Position numbers and translations under genes: made by a program. A stretch of 63,823 bases of DNA, counting the filler, from Chiloscyllium plagiosum (taxonomy: Eukaryota), in the NCBI RefSeq assembly GCF_004010195.1. It is 4 parts of one record of this genome, joined end to end, with 100 filler letters (N's around TTAATTAATTAA, not from the genome) between each part and the next. Parts side by side here need not be neighbours in the genome. Positions count along the whole stretch, not along the records: positions 36,302 to 46,449 come from NC_057715.1; positions 46,550 to 63,823 come from NC_057715.1; 2 more parts are not named here. One strand, 5' to 3'. Under the pieces are notes generated by a model that was given only the letters and a program-made list of their open reading frames with translations, searched no databases and was not told the DNA's origin. Positions 36,529 to 49,903 of the stretch are shown in pieces; position 1 is the first letter of the stretch; each line of letters opens with the position of its first letter.

Positions 36529-36973
36529 TGCCATTTCAGTTTTTCCAAGAATCATTCCAAGTTCCCCATTAAACAGTAACTTTAGGCACCTGAGCATTTT
36601 TAAAGTGGAAACACACACTAAAACACGGCTTTTTTAAAAAAAATAGATTTCTTATGCATCTCACTAAATGGATCCTTATCTTTGTCAACACTATTTAACC
36701 CCTTCTACAAGCCTCTTATAAGCAAGCAACAGGAAGATTTTCTCCTGTCTGAAATAATATGTATAAAGTACAACCTTCTAAAGTTAGCTATTTCACAGCA
36801 GGTAAATATTTCACATCTTAACTCACCCAAATATCAACAACCTTACTGAGATCCAATACATTTTGGCTACAAAGTTCAAAAATATCTCAGAATAAATACA
36901 AGAGGGTAGGATTCCAATAAAGTTACAAATTCACATATTTATGGCATGATCACATTCATCCCAATTATATTTT

Positions 36974-37216
36974 CTCTATGAAGACTCAAGGCTTCTATTG
37001 TAGTCAAATCTTCAAAGTCATAGTGACATCTTCATTCTAAATAAATGTACCAATAACATGCAAAGCATGTGGGCGACACGGTGGCACAGTGGTTAGCACT
37101 GCTGCCTCACAGCGCCTGCGACTCTATGAAGACTCAAGGCTTCTATTGTAGTCAAATCTTCAAAGTCATAGTGACATCTTCATTCTAAATAAATGTACCA
37201 ATAGCATGCAAAGCAT
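36974..37216 (+). repeat. 95-bp direct duplication (36974-37068 / 37122-37216) flanking a 53-bp HE1 SINE head
   Basis: The copies differ at one base. The spacer is GTGGGCGACACGGTGGCACAGTGGTTAGCACTGCTGCCTCACAGCGCCTGCGA. Confidence 0.95.
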
Positions 37217-38934
37217 TAGTAAAACAATAGTTTAGATACCTTATTTGAAGATTAGATTACCATACACATATATTACTCCAAGTCCTGCTGCTCCAGGAGT
37301 AAGTTCAAGTCATGGGATAATTACATCATTTCCTGTGCAGGAGATAATGATTGACAAGTGTTTAGGACCCGGCTTCGTAAAGTTGTATAAGTGACATACA
37401 ACAACACTATGAAATTGATTCACCTGGCAGTCATACAGGGCCTGAGAAATTCCCTCAGTACTACATGAGAGTTTATCTTTGATAAGGACCTCCAGTTTTG
37501 AGAGGGGGAGCTTGATCCCACAACTTTCAAACTCAGTAGTAAACCTGCTACCACTGAACCATCTCACAATTAGTTTACTGGCAGTGGACAAAGCTTTTTT
37601 TTAAGATCTGTATTGTGCGTACATTCATTGGACAGATACAGACTCAGTTGTTAACTTAGCCTTTCTTTCCTTTATCCTTCACCGTTCCTGTGTTTCCTCC
37701 AATATAATATCTAACAAAGGCTCCTTTAGGAATCTCACACCTCTATCTAGGAATCACAATGGGTAAATTCCCATCACCAGCCAGAAACAAGTTCATCGTT
37801 GCCTAGGAGCAGCAAATCTTATAATTGAAAAGATAACTCTGATAATTAGTTGACAAAGTTTTGGCAATTTTCAGTTTCCAAAGTTTTTGCCATTGGTACC
37901 AGACTAAATTTGTCAGTTCTTTACCTCTGGAGCATTATTGTTTGAAGTTGCTTGTACAAGTGTCACTAATCCTTATATAAATTTATATTTTGCAGTTTCA
38001 ATGACTGATTGTCCTATTCCTAAGTTATAACACGAACACCATGCTAAAATCCTGAGAATATAAATCATACTTTATAAATGCAAGTCTTGTGGGAACTCAA
38101 TGGGCAGGTTATGGGGTAAAGGCCAAAACACAAACACAAATTTGGATGCAATAGCATAATGCCCAATTTTAAAAACATATTCTGTACTTTTGACCCATAT
38201 TAGGCCACAGAAATACTTGCATAGCATGAAAATTCAGGGTTTTGATTACAAATGCCACTTTGATTGTTTGAGATTAGCATACTGAGGCAGGAACTGATCT
38301 TTTATCTGTGAATGACATTCTGATGTTTAATTAAACAGATGTATTCAATAAAGGCTGTCAAACAATCTCTGCATTTTGAACCTGTTGTTTCAGAAAGGGC
38401 TATTAATGGAGATTCTGTTCATGTAAACTGATCTGATGGTTGAAGGAAAGAAGACCAATAATTTGATTATGCAATACCATCTCCTAGCAACAAAATTGCA
38501 AGATCAGTTAACCCAGACCTCTCGATTAAGAATTTTGAATATTCAGGTCGAACAATTCACTGTCACAGTGAACACAAGAAAGAAAATGTTTACTTCTGAC
38601 AGAGAAAGAATGATTTCCATATGCTGATATGTGCTGGCAATAAAACTCCACATGTAATAAAGGAAATCACGCAAATGAAGAACATGATTTTTCCTGTTAC
38701 ATTTGTATAAATGAAGTGATTAAACAGCACAGAAATATTAATATTAGTTTTTGGATAACAAAGAATATAATTGATTCTTTGTTTGGTAATCCTTTCATTA
38801 TTCATCATTCTATTCTGGAAAAAGAAACAGAACAGCTGTAACCTGTCTTCAAAATCAAATTTCCAAAGAAAACTCAATACACATTATTTCTTACTTCTAT
38901 GACTGTTGTAACAAATAAGAATCTTGTTGAACCC

Positions 38935-39145
38935 ATGTACAATAGTAAGTGCTGGAAATGCACAAGATGTCTGTCCGTATCTGAAGAATGAGAAGTTCAA
39001 ATAATATTTCAGGTATAAATCATTCCACACAATCTGTCAGAATTTTGAAGAAAAGCCTCTGTTTGGAATATTAATCAGGATTTGTGAATTTAAGATACTG
39101 AAATGCCTGTTATGCATTCCAGCAGTTCCTGTTTTGTTTCAGATT
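38935..39145. mobile_element. Old degenerate Penelope-type fold-back element
   Basis: GTGCTGGAAATGCACAAG... pairs loosely with ...ATGCATTCCAGCAG. The central TTTGAAGAAAAG..GGAATATTAA resembles a decayed hammerhead. Confidence 0.45.
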
Positions 39146-40479
39146 TACATTTTTTGTTTCTTTTTATATCCATTTACTGCTGTATTTTGCACATGCGATT
39201 TTTGACCCATCCGAGCCAACACAACAAATAATTTACCTACTAAAACACAGTTTCCTCCAAATAAGGATGTGTTGTATCCAGTGTTTCTTATTCTTATCAG
39301 CATATCACTGGACAATATCTTTTTTCACTGATTGACCTCCTGAATAAACTTAATTAATGATTAGTGTGCACTCTCCAAAAACGAGATTCATAAAAGATTT
39401 GTAATGTACTCTGGAAAAACTTACACCAAGCTGTCACAATTAGACACATAATATCCAAAGAAAATCTGTCCTTTGATTATTCAACTAATTCCTGGGTTAA
39501 TTCCTTTCTCCCTAATCGGAATAATTTTATTCAATGTTTTAAAGTGAACTCACGGTTCCTGCCACCCTTAATTATGTCTCTTAAAAATCAAAATCAGTCT
39601 CATGAATTATAGTCTGACACCAGATTATTGCATATGCACAAGACCTCAACATCATGTAGAAAGATATGTGGAAATTCTCAATTCTATTCTTATTTCCTGA
39701 ACATCATTTAATTTTGTTGCATAAATGTAATGAGAAAGAAGTCAAATTTCCCACTATATATGACCATACAATCCCAAAGACACACTGACAGAGAGTAAGT
39801 TTATGTACTCATTCATCTAGAAATTGGTTTGCATTTGTTGAAATAAACATGGAATAATATAGAATCAAATTCAAACATGGAATTCTACAGTAAGAGGTAA
39901 GAAGGTGGATAAAGACTGCCAGGTTGAACTCTTTGGTGTTACTGGTGCCAATCCAATGGCAGCCATAAGCTCAGAAAATAGCATTTACACATTTTTTGTC
40001 ACCTCCATATGATCCATTTGATGTCCCCTGCTGGTAAGGGTGGTAGTGCATGAATGTTGTGTGTACATCAGTCATTTTCAACATTGGCAGATCATAGCAT
40101 CAGATAGTTGTTCTGATTGATTTGTGATACATCTTTGAAACTTAGAGTCCAGAGGCTTATCATTTTCATACATCACAACACGGGTTAAACTGCACAAGTT
40201 TTGCCTTCACTGCCCCCAACCCTGAACACCACTGATGTTGTTTAAAGGGACAGCCATCCAATTTGTAGGTTAAGTAATGTTTGATCATAACTGCTGTTGT
40301 ACGTTTTGTGGTGGTGTTGTGAAGAACAGGTGGATTTGGTCGGGAGTGTGGCTTTGTCTATTCATAGGCAATAGAGAATTTCATGATTTATTCAGACAAG
40401 GATTGCAACAAATATAGGGGCTTTGGTTGTAATGAAAGTGAGACAAACAAATGAAACAAAGGTTGCAGACATGGGAGGT

Positions 40480-40960
40480 TTTGCAAGAGGGAAGTGACCT
40501 CTCCAAAGAAGGTCCTAACAACCACAGGCTTTCAGGGAACCCAGCAATTACTTTGACCTCACCTCTACCTCAATGACAGAAGCACCTTAGATTTACCATT
40601 GAGTTGATAACAAGACTGTGCACAGGTGGTTGTCAAGTTCTAAACATCTACTTCGACCAACCTTTCCAGGAAAGAGCAAACCAAAAAGTGAATAAAGCTC
40701 AATGCACAATCCATTGCCATCTCAGCGAGTCGACAGCAGCCAAATATACACAGAGAGACAAGTTGAAAATTTTTTCTCCCAGCAGATTAACTTTATCAAC
40801 ATAACAAATTCCCAATGGTGCAGGGGGCTGTTTATTGCACACACATGGTTGTAGGATGCCCCACATAACAGCAATAAGGAAAGTACAATCCCTATCCCTC
40901 ATCTGGTGGATGCTGGCTAATCTGGCAGCAGGAATAATGCATTCACCCTGAGGCAGATGG
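40480..40960 (+). pseudogene. PIF/Harbinger (HARBI1-like) transposase fossil
   Basis: FPMVQGAVYCTHM at 40809-40847 (cf. FPxVxGAIDCTH). VDAG*SGSRNNAFTLRQ at 40906-40956 (cf. ARxPGSxHDAFILR). CHLSESTA upstream (HTH region). Confidence 0.7.
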
Positions 40961-41034
40961 GCATTCTCATTGCATTTGGGTCATCATGAGGAACCAGGCA
41001 GCAGTTATGCAGAGAGAAAAGATAACCTTCACTG

Positions 41035-41147
41035 CATAGAGTCATAGAGTCACAGAATCACAGAGATATACAGCATGGAAACAGACCCTTCGGTCCAATT
41101 TGTCCATGCTGACCAGATATCCTAAATAAATCCAATCTCATTTGTCA
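41035..41147 (-). mobile_element. HER1-type CR1 3' tail
   Basis: CATAGAGTCATAGAGTCA..GGAAACAGACCCTTCGGTCC. Confidence 0.88.
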
Positions 41148-42199
41148 GGACATTTGTGAAGTCAGAAACTTACGGGGAGATGGAATCATGGTGAATGTAA
41201 TAGAGTTAGATACACGATTGTATAACAGGCTAATTATAGGGAAGAAACCTTAGTTGTGAACAATAATGAGTCTGGAGGAATTATTGTTCATGTTATTTGC
41301 CTCCACCCATTCTTATGATCTCAGAGACATGCTGCGGCTGAAGATGGAGAGTTCTGCTCCAGTTTTCAAAGAAAGCAGATGTATCTGTGCCTGCTCCCTA
41401 ATGCCTAGTAATGATCTCTCACCAAATGTAGTTGTACAAATTGCTATCAAGCAATACATCCTCTTCTTATCTAAGAATACTTTCTCATGGATATGATAAA
41501 GTCGCGTATCCTCTACCACTAATCAGAGGAAAGGCCCAAGATAAAGCAAAAGTAAGCAGGATTAGTGGCGGTGAAAACAACCTTTTAACAAAACACTTAT
41601 TCAGTTTTGGAGTGGAATAACTTAATAAATCATTCAACACCCACATCCACTTCTAGCATCAAAGAGTTTTTTTTGTTTTTGCACCAGTGGGGAGACAGTC
41701 ATAGAGTCATAGAGATGTACAGCACAAAAACAGACCTTTTGGTCCAACTCATCCATGCCGACCAGATATCCTAACCTAATCTAGTCCCATTTGCCAGCAT
41801 TTGGCCCATGTCCCTCTTAACTCTTCCTATTCATATACTTATCAAGATGCCTTTTAAATGTTGTAGTTGTACCAGCCTCCACCACTTCCTCTGGCAGCAC
41901 ATTCCACACATGCACCACCCTCTGTTTGAAAAAGTTGCCTCTTGAGACCCATTTAAAGCTCTCCCCTTTCACCCTAAACATTTGCCCTCTATTCTGAACT
42001 CCCCCACTGAGGGAAAAGACTTTGTCTATTTACCCTATCTGTGTACGTAATGGTTTAATAGATCTCTATAAGGTCATCCCTCAGCCTCCAACGCTCCAGG
42101 GAAATCATCCCGAGCCTATTCAGCCTCTGCCTATAGCTCAAACCCTCCAATTCAGGCAACATCCTTGTAAATCTTTTCTGAAACCTTTCAGGTTTCATA

Positions 42200-42615
42200 G
42201 TTAAAAATCACATAGTTAAGAATCAAACAGGTTTAGTTGGAAGCACTAACTTTCGGGGCACTGTCCCTTCATCCAGTGGATGAAGGAGCAGTGCTCCGAA
42301 AGCTAGTGCTTGCAAATAAACCTGTTGGACTATAACCTGGTGTTGTGTGATTTTTACTAAAAAAGCACAGCAGGTCAGGCAGCATCCAAGGAGCAGGAGA
42401 ATCGACGTTTCGGGCATGAGCCCTTCTTCAGCCCTCCTTCCTGAAGAAGGGCTCATGCCCGAAACGTCGATTCTCCTGTTCCTTGGAAGCTGCCTGACCT
42501 GCTGCGCTTTTCCAGCAACACATTTTCAGCTCTGATCTCCAGCATCTGCAGTCCTCACTTTCTCCTTGTGTGATTTTTAACTTTGTACACCCCAGTCCAA
42601 CACTGGCATCTCCAA
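42200..42615. mobile_element. Penelope family A fold-back containing a family B fold-back (42357-42565)
   Basis: Outer TSD TTCA(G/A)GTTTCA(T/C)A at 42187-42199 and 42616-42628. Inner TSD TTGTGTGATTTTTA at 42343-42356 and 42566-42579. Confidence 0.92.
42441..42468 (+). ncRNA. Minimal hammerhead motif (family B); an identical core lies on the - strand at 42404-42431
   Basis: CUGAAGA-AGGGC UCAU GCCC-GAAA-CG-UC with palindromic ACGU at stem III. Confidence 0.7.
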
Positions 42616-43660
42616 TTCAAGTTTCACAACATCCTTCTGATAGGAGGGAGACCAGAATTGCGAGATACATTTTTTTTAATGCATTGGCTTTCAGTCCACT
42701 TCTGGCTGCTCCAAGCCAATCATATTACAAATTGATTACATATATATACAATCAAGTCAATCATTGTCTGTGATCAGTTCTGGCCAGCTCATGATCTCAA
42801 GATGTTTACCAAACCCCCTTATCAATTGCCCTTGGGTCTTCACAATGCACTGTACTCAACCACATTGCACACAGTACTCTCTTACTGATCAGAGGGATTC
42901 TCTTTAATCTGTCTTAGACTGAACTTTCACAGAAATACAGTTAAATTCCATAATGACTGTATGTTTAAAACTCCTTTTTGATGTTTGATAAGCAGCTAAA
43001 CTTTGGTATGGCTTGACTTTTACTATGTCACACAATGTGTTACTATAGGTAGCTCCACCATAATTTTCTACACAAGCATCTAAATCAGTTTCTGTGTTTC
43101 AGAGCATATTGCATACACCTCACAGGACACATTAAATCTAAGTTACCTTGCACTTACTCTTTCTATGAAGGCATCTAATTCCTCTAACTTACAGTTTGAC
43201 TTGCCAATTCAGCTGAAGATTTTTCTTCTGCTAGTTGTGAGAACCACTTTCAGCCATTTTATGCTGTTTGAGCCATGGGCAGCCTGAACAATCCCTCCTT
43301 TCATTAAGAGCCAGCTAGGAAAGGAAGGCCCTATAACTGAACCTACTGCAGGTATTATCAGCATTTTCTGTTTTCCCTTACCAGGATCTGTGTTTTGTTT
43401 TCCTTTCAAGGTCAGAGTTAACACTTTTTGTACTTCCACTTCTATGTGTGATATTATCCTAAAGATTAATATTAACATTCATCCCCCCAACCCATAGCTA
43501 CTTTTTCTTTATCCATTTCTGGTCCTGAAGCTCATGTTCTGCATTCTCTTCAAGAATGTGAAGTTTCTTTTTCCATTGCTGGTACAGCTTGACAGTCTGA
43601 CCTGCCCTTTCTCTAATTCCATCAAATGCTCATTTAAGCATCAGATATGGGGGCTGCTTC

Positions 43661-43977
43661 TAGATTAGATTAGATTACTTCACAGTGTAGAAACAGGCCC
43701 TTCAGCCCAACAAGTCCACACCGACCCGCCGAAGCGCAAACCACCCATACCCCTACATTTACCCCTTACCTAACACTACGGACAATTTAGCATGGCCAAT
43801 TCACCTGGCCTGCACATCTTTGGACTGTGGGAGGAAACCGGAGCACCCGGAGGAAACCCATGCAGACACGGGGAGAATGTGCAAACTCCACACAGTCAGT
43901 CGCCTGAGTCGGGAATTGAACCCGGGTCTCTGGCGCTGTGAGGCAGCAGTGCTAACCATTGTGCCACCATGCCGCCC
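43661..43977 (-). mobile_element. HE1-type V-SINE, full length
   Basis: Same family as 19444-19761. Confidence 0.95.
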
Positions 43978-45734
43978 TTTCTCATAATCCATGAGATGTT
44001 AATGGAGTGTGTTGGATACATTAATAATTTCCAGTATTTTGTTGTTGGATGTGAGCCTGACCTGGAGTAGGTGAGGTGTGTGATGTGGCAGTGTGAGCTT
44101 CAGGATGATATGATGCTTCTGTAGTTGCATCACAATAGCACCCTTTCCCCTCCATATCCTGGTTGAGTGAAGTGTTCACAGGCATGGATGATTTTCAGGC
44201 TAGGTCTCCCTGACCACTGAGTGCAGATGTATGGTTTACTCCCCTTTTGCTTCCACCCTACAAGGGAGACCCATATAAGGTATTATTCATCCAGCGTCCC
44301 TTTAGACCTAGTTAGTTGTACCAGCTGTGTACTATTAATCCTGGTCGCAGTTGTGGCTCCTCTGGTCTGCTATCCATAGCCCATGTTCATGCCTTATCAA
44401 ACCCTCCATATCAATTAGATGTTCAGTTGCTTTAGCATGGGCTTCCATCCCAAACCAGCCTGATTGCCCGGGCATCATCAGGTCAGATTATGAGGTCTTT
44501 CATAATGACTCTGAGCAATTCCACATTCTCATTTATCCCTTTGGCCAATCCAACATTGCTGGATCTTCATTACGCCCTTTGGAACGGTGCCTGTTATTTT
44601 ACTTTTGGGAGGGCTTATGTCTCAGTCCTAATTCAATTGGTGAAATTTCCATCAAATCAGATACTTGCTTATTCACTAACAGTTGGTTTCTTGTTGGTTT
44701 AATTGAGCTGAGCAGTTTATATTCTTTACAGAAGATCTGAAAGGATGTTAGTTAATTTCCAAATGTTTTAAAGTCTATAAGATCAGCCCTCTTATAAAGA
44801 TTACATCCAGTGTTTCATTCTTCTGCTTCAGCCACAGGCAGCTCTAACATTCAATATTAAATACTGGTAGAAGTGGCAAATATCAAGAGTAGGCATCTGA
44901 CAAACTGGCACATTGACTTCTCTTGACACTTGCTCCCATTCCCTGCAGTGGATTATTCTTGAGGGTTTCCTTGCCACTCTGATATCTCTGCAATCTTCAT
45001 CACTAAGATCTCCATTACCAAATCTGTGATTCTGGGAGCTCTTTGTCTGCTACAGTGCCCTATTTCTGCAGCTTTCACTTGCAGTGAATTTCATTACAGA
45101 TAGTCAGTAGCACCTTCCTTGTCATGAGTGTGATTCCTCTTGATGAGAGACCTGGGCCTTTACAAACATAATTAGCAGCAGGAAAAGCCCATTCAGCCTG
45201 TCAAGCCTTTGCCATTATTTGATTAGATCATGGTTGATCTGGTTATGGCCTCAACATAATTTTCCTACCTAGCCCAAAAGCCTTTGAGTCCCTTGTTAAT
45301 CAACAGTCTATCTACAATTGACTTAAAACTATTCAATGATTTAAGAGCTGCAGGATGGCTACAACACATGTTAAAAACATACATTGCTAGGTTCCCTATT
45401 GAATGCTTTGCCACGGTGGAAATGGCCACACACATCTGACTATTACAATCAGAATAATTCAGAATCAGCAAAAAGTTACATACTTTTTGTGTCAAAGACA
45501 CTGGATTTGGCACTTGCTCCCAGAAGTAAATTTTCATCCCATTAATATTAACATACTAGTAATTATTGTATTATTGTACTAATTGCAGCAAGGCAGAATA
45601 TCTTTAAGAAAGCTAAGTGACACTGTGAAAGGTCTCCAATTTCACTTCAGTTACCAGTCACTCTGACTAGTTTAATCATAACCAGGGTGGTGCAGTCAAT
45701 CTGTCATTTAATCAACCAGCTAACTATGTATATA

Positions 45735-46080
45735 AAATACTGAAAACAACAAATGCTGGAGATCACAGCGGGTCAGACAGCATCCATGCAGAGAGAGCAA
45801 GCCAATGTTTCGAGGCTACATAACTCTTCATCAGAGCTACCGTGAAGTCTGGAGGGAGCAGCATTTTGCTATAATTGGGGTGGGGGTGGCGTTGGAGTGT
45901 AGAGTGCTGGGAGAAAAATGATGTTGATTTGTTCACATTAAGTGATTGGAATGGGAGAATGACAGCGGAACGGTGTGTCGAATTGAATGAACAGTCTCAC
46001 TGGGTTGGGGGAAGGGACAGAAAACATGGTGACAGAGAATGTAAAATGTAAAGCTTAAAAAAAGCAAAGGAATGGGAATA
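45735..46080 (-). mobile_element. Penelope-like family C pLTR with hammerhead-like core at 45804-45834
   Basis: The minus strand reads CTGATGAAGAGTTATGTAGCCTCGAAACATT, then ..GATGCTGTCTGACCCGCTGTGATCTCCAGCATTT, paralleling the family B tail. Confidence 0.65.
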
Positions 46081-46210
46081 ACTATTCTAAGTAGGCATAG
46101 AATGAGAACATAAGTAAGCCTGAGATATCATATCAATGTACATAGATTATGTTTTTTAATTAATATTAAAAAGCATCTCAGTAAGAACCCAGCCTTTATG
46201 ATACATATTA

Positions 46211-46449
46211 CATAGAACATAGAACATAGAAGAATACAGCGCAGTACAGGCACTTCGGCCCTCAATGTTGCGCCGATCCAAGCCCACCTAACCTACACGA
46301 GCCCACTATCCTCCATATGCCTATCCAATGCCCGCTTAAATGCCCATAATGAGGGAGAGTCCACCACTGCTACTGGCAGGGCATTCCATGAACTCACGAC
46401 ACGCTGAGTAAAGAACCTACCCCTAACATCTGCCCTATACCTACCCCCC
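46211..46449 (-). mobile_element. CR1 3' end, (TTCTATG)n-tail family
   Basis: CATAGAACATAGAACATAGAA tail and FFTQRVVSSWNALP. Confidence 0.88.
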
Positions 46450-46549
46450 NNNNNNNNNNNNNNNNNNNNNNNNNNNNNNNNNNNNNNNNNNNNTTAATTA
46501 ATTAANNNNNNNNNNNNNNNNNNNNNNNNNNNNNNNNNNNNNNNNNNNN

Positions 46550-46875
46550 CACCTTGTCTCAGTCAAATCCCTCGAACTCAGCACCGCCTTCCTAACCTGC
46601 AATCTTCTTCCTGACCTCTCCGTCCCCACCTACTCCGGCCTATCACCCTCACCTTGACCTCCTTCCACCTATCGCATTTCCAACGCCCCTCCCCCAAGTC
46701 CCTCCTCCCTACCTTTTATCTTAGCCTGCTGTACACACATTCCTCATTCCTGAAGAAGGGCTTATACCCGAAATGTTAATTCTCCTGCTCCTTTGATGCT
46801 GCCTGACCTGCTGCGCTTTTCCAGCAACACATTTTCAGCTCTGATCTCCAGCATCTGCAGTCCTCACTTTCTCCT
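46550..46875 (+). mobile_element. Penelope family B 3'UTR + pLTR
   Basis: Pyrimidine-rich UTR, CTGAAGAAGGGCTTATACCCGAAATGTT and terminal CTCACTTTCTCC. Confidence 0.88.
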
Positions 46876-46876
46876 C

Positions 46877-47062
46877 GTGGTGTATATGTATTTCAGTAAG
46901 GCATTTGATAAGGTTCCCCACTGTAGGCTATTGCAGAAAATATGGAGGCTTGGGATTGAGGGTGATTTATCGGTTTGGATCAGAAATTGGCGACCTAAAA
47001 GAAGGCAGAGGGTGGTGGTTGATGGGACATATTCATCCTGGAATTCAGTTACTAGTGGTGTA
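46877..47062 (+). mobile_element. CR1 RT fragment
   Basis: VVYMYFSKAFDKVPH..WIRNW..RRQRVVVDG..VTSGV. Confidence 0.9.
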
Positions 47063-47876
47063 CTGCTGAAGAAGTTAAAATGCCACAGAGGGGTCAGTTC
47101 CATGCTTTACTTCTCTTTCAGGACACAGTGGGGACTCCAGGGTTAAACAATGCACTATGAAAGGACTTACTACATTATCAACTGAAAGCCTGTACTCTTA
47201 CAATACAGACAGAAGGTAGGGGGGAGGCTGACTGTATCTCAGGAATGGAGCCTAGCAGAGACACACATGTGGATTCTCTTGTAGCCTCAAACAAAGGTAA
47301 TTGCCCTTCCCAGACAAGACTGATAGCCTTGGCCACAACCCTATTAAACTGCCTCCTGCTCTCATTGTCTTACTTTGCCTCCATATTAGCATAGGTATAT
47401 GAACATTGAGAACAGGCAAAACCCTTCTGTTTTAATCTCTTCCCATCAACACATGATCATGAAGAATATGATAATCAGTCCCTGTAACCCATTCACAATT
47501 TATCACAGTACATCGACATTCATCAGGTTTTGTAAATTCATAACTACCTATCTTAAACTATGTAATAACAATTGACCATATGACTGATAAATCTTTTGTT
47601 TAATCCCTATCAAAAATGCTGTCTTTGTGTGTAAGGCAGAGATTTGTGGCAAAGTGTCACCACAAGTTACTTTTGTGGACATTGAGAATATCCTACCAGC
47701 TGTTCGATAATAAAGCATCTACCTTTGTACTGAAACTTGAGCCGCCCGGATTTATGGAACAAAATATACATCAACACTGCAAGTATCTGTTTTGGGTCCA
47801 CTGTTGTTTGTCATTTTTATAAATGACCTTTTTTTTAATAAAAGAAGGATGGGTTAGTCAATTTACGGTCAATAAG

Positions 47877-48744
47877 AGTTGTTGATAGCGACGAAGAATG
47901 TTATAGGTTACAGGAGAACATTGGTAAGCTACAGAGCTGGGCTGAGTGGTGGTAAATAGAGTTTAAGGCAGAAAAGTGTGAGGTGATTCATTATGGAAGG
48001 AGTAACAGGAATGCAGAGTACTGGGCTAATGGTAAGATTCTTGGTAGTGTAGATGAGCAAGCGGTCTCGGTATCCAGGTACATAGATCTTTGAAAGTTGC
48101 CACCCAGGTTGATAGGGTTGTTAAGAAGGCATACGGTGTGTCAGCTTTTATTGGTAGAGGGATTGAGTTTCGGAACCATGAGGTCATTCTGCAGCTGTAC
48201 AAAACTCTGGCTCAGCCGCACTTGGAGTATTGCATACAGTTTTTCTCACTGCAATATAGGAAGGATGTGAAAGCTTTGGAAAGGGTTCAGAGCAGATTTA
48301 CCAGGATGTTGCCTGGTATGGAGGAAAGGTCTTACGAGGAAAGACTGAAGGACTTAAGGCTGTTTTCGTTAGAGAAGGAAACTGAGAGGTGACTTAATTG
48401 AGGCATATAAGATAATCAGAGGGTTAGACAGGTTGGACAGTAAAAGCCTTTTTCCTCAGATGGTGATGGCTAGCATGAGGTGACATAGCTTTAAATTGAG
48501 GGTTGATGGATATAGGACAGATGTCAGAAGTAGTTTCTTGACTCCAAGAGTAGTAGGGGTGCGGAACACATTGCCTGCAACAGTAGTAGACTCACTAATT
48601 TTAAGGGCATTTAAATGGTCATTGGATAGGTATATGGGTGAGAATGTAATAGCGTAGGTGGGCATCAGATTAGTTTCACAGGTTGGCACAACATCGAGGG
48701 CCAAATGGCCTGTACTGCACTATAATGTTCTATGTTCTATGTTC
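47877..48744 (+). mobile_element. CR1 3' ~0.87 kb, (TTCTATG)n-tail family
   Basis: LQLYKTLAQPHLEYCIQF..ALERVQSRFTRMLPG and tail ATGTTCTATGTTCTATGTTC. Confidence 0.92.
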
Positions 48745-48916
48745 AATGCAAAACAGTGCCAACTTATTAGGAACAAACTTGCAATAATCTTTAATACTAA
48801 ACATATTGTCTCTAATCCTAATCTGGCCATTTAAGATTACAATATCTCCAGTGTCTCTTGTAGATTTATGCAATCACTCTCTCTCTGGCTCTGTCTCTGG
48901 GTCTGTGAAGCTGCTT

Positions 48917-48947
<31 letters not shown>

Positions 48948-48959
48948 GTTTCTCTCTCT
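48917..48959. repeat. (TC)n microsatellite, imperfect
   Basis: Visible CT run. Confidence 0.85.
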
Positions 48960-49772
48960 GGATGGTCGGCTGGTCTCTGCCTCTTGCCATGCTGGTCTCC
49001 TCGGAAAGCCTCAGAAGTTTCCAAGAGAGTGAACCCTACGTTTAAACCTTTTAGATGGTTTTTCTGGAACTTCCTATTTTTCTGGCCAATCAGGGAAACT
49101 CACTTAACATTTTGAAAGAGTGTCAATTATTTGGATGGCATGCTCTGGTTAATTCTTTTGTGTAGTAGGAACCGGTGTCTTTCTATCTGGGCCCTCCTTT
49201 GTTTGTTGGGAGTATACCCATCAAGGATAACTGTTGGCTTTTACGTTATGCTAATATAATTAGTACCTGGCAGCTGTGTTTGCACTGTGTCTTGTGCCTA
49301 GGTTTTGTGACTTCAGAGGGTTTTACTTGGTCAAGTACCCAGCATCACTTGCTGTTTGGCCATATTAGCAATCTGAGTTTTAGCAGCCAGGAGGCTGCTC
49401 CAGGATGACATGATGGACTGTGCAGTGGGTGTCATTGTAATTATACAGAATCTCTGACACTGAGCAACTCATGTGGCTCACCAACTGTTTCCAAGCTCCT
49501 AGTTGAATCAGATGCTGTTCTAGACTTCTGGTGGGACCCCTGACTGACAACAGTTCCCCTTGACATGACTGAGAATCCTTAGAGTTTCAGACATGACATT
49601 TGGTTGAAGAACACTCAGCCATATAAGCTGCTGGTACATACTGTCAATGTGACATTGAGATAGCATAGTATCCAGACAAGCTGACTGGTTTTGTTTCTGT
49701 GCTAAATGTCAAAGCCAGATGAAAATACTGTGAGACTTTATGTCCTGAATGAGTTGGCAAAATAAGAAAAGG

Positions 49773-49903
49773 TTTCCTGAAGAAGGGCTTATGCCCGAAA
49801 CGTCGATTCTCCTGTTCCCTGGATGCGGTCTGACCAGCTGTGCTTTTCCAGCAACACATTTTCAGCTCTGATCTCCAGCATCTGCAGATCTCACTTTCTC
49901 CCC
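49773..49903 (+). mobile_element. Solo family B pLTR beginning at an intact hammerhead core (49777-49804)
   Basis: TSD TAAGAAAAGG at 49763-49772 and 49904-49913. Core CTGAAGAAGGGCTTATGCCCGAAACGTC. Confidence 0.9.

Larger units (their letters stand above)
41698..42665 (-). mobile_element. HER1-type CR1 3' fragment hosting nested Penelope insertions
   Basis: The CR1 sequence resumes after 42615 (CACAACATCCTTCTGATAGGAGGGAGACCAGAATTG). Confidence 0.9.
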
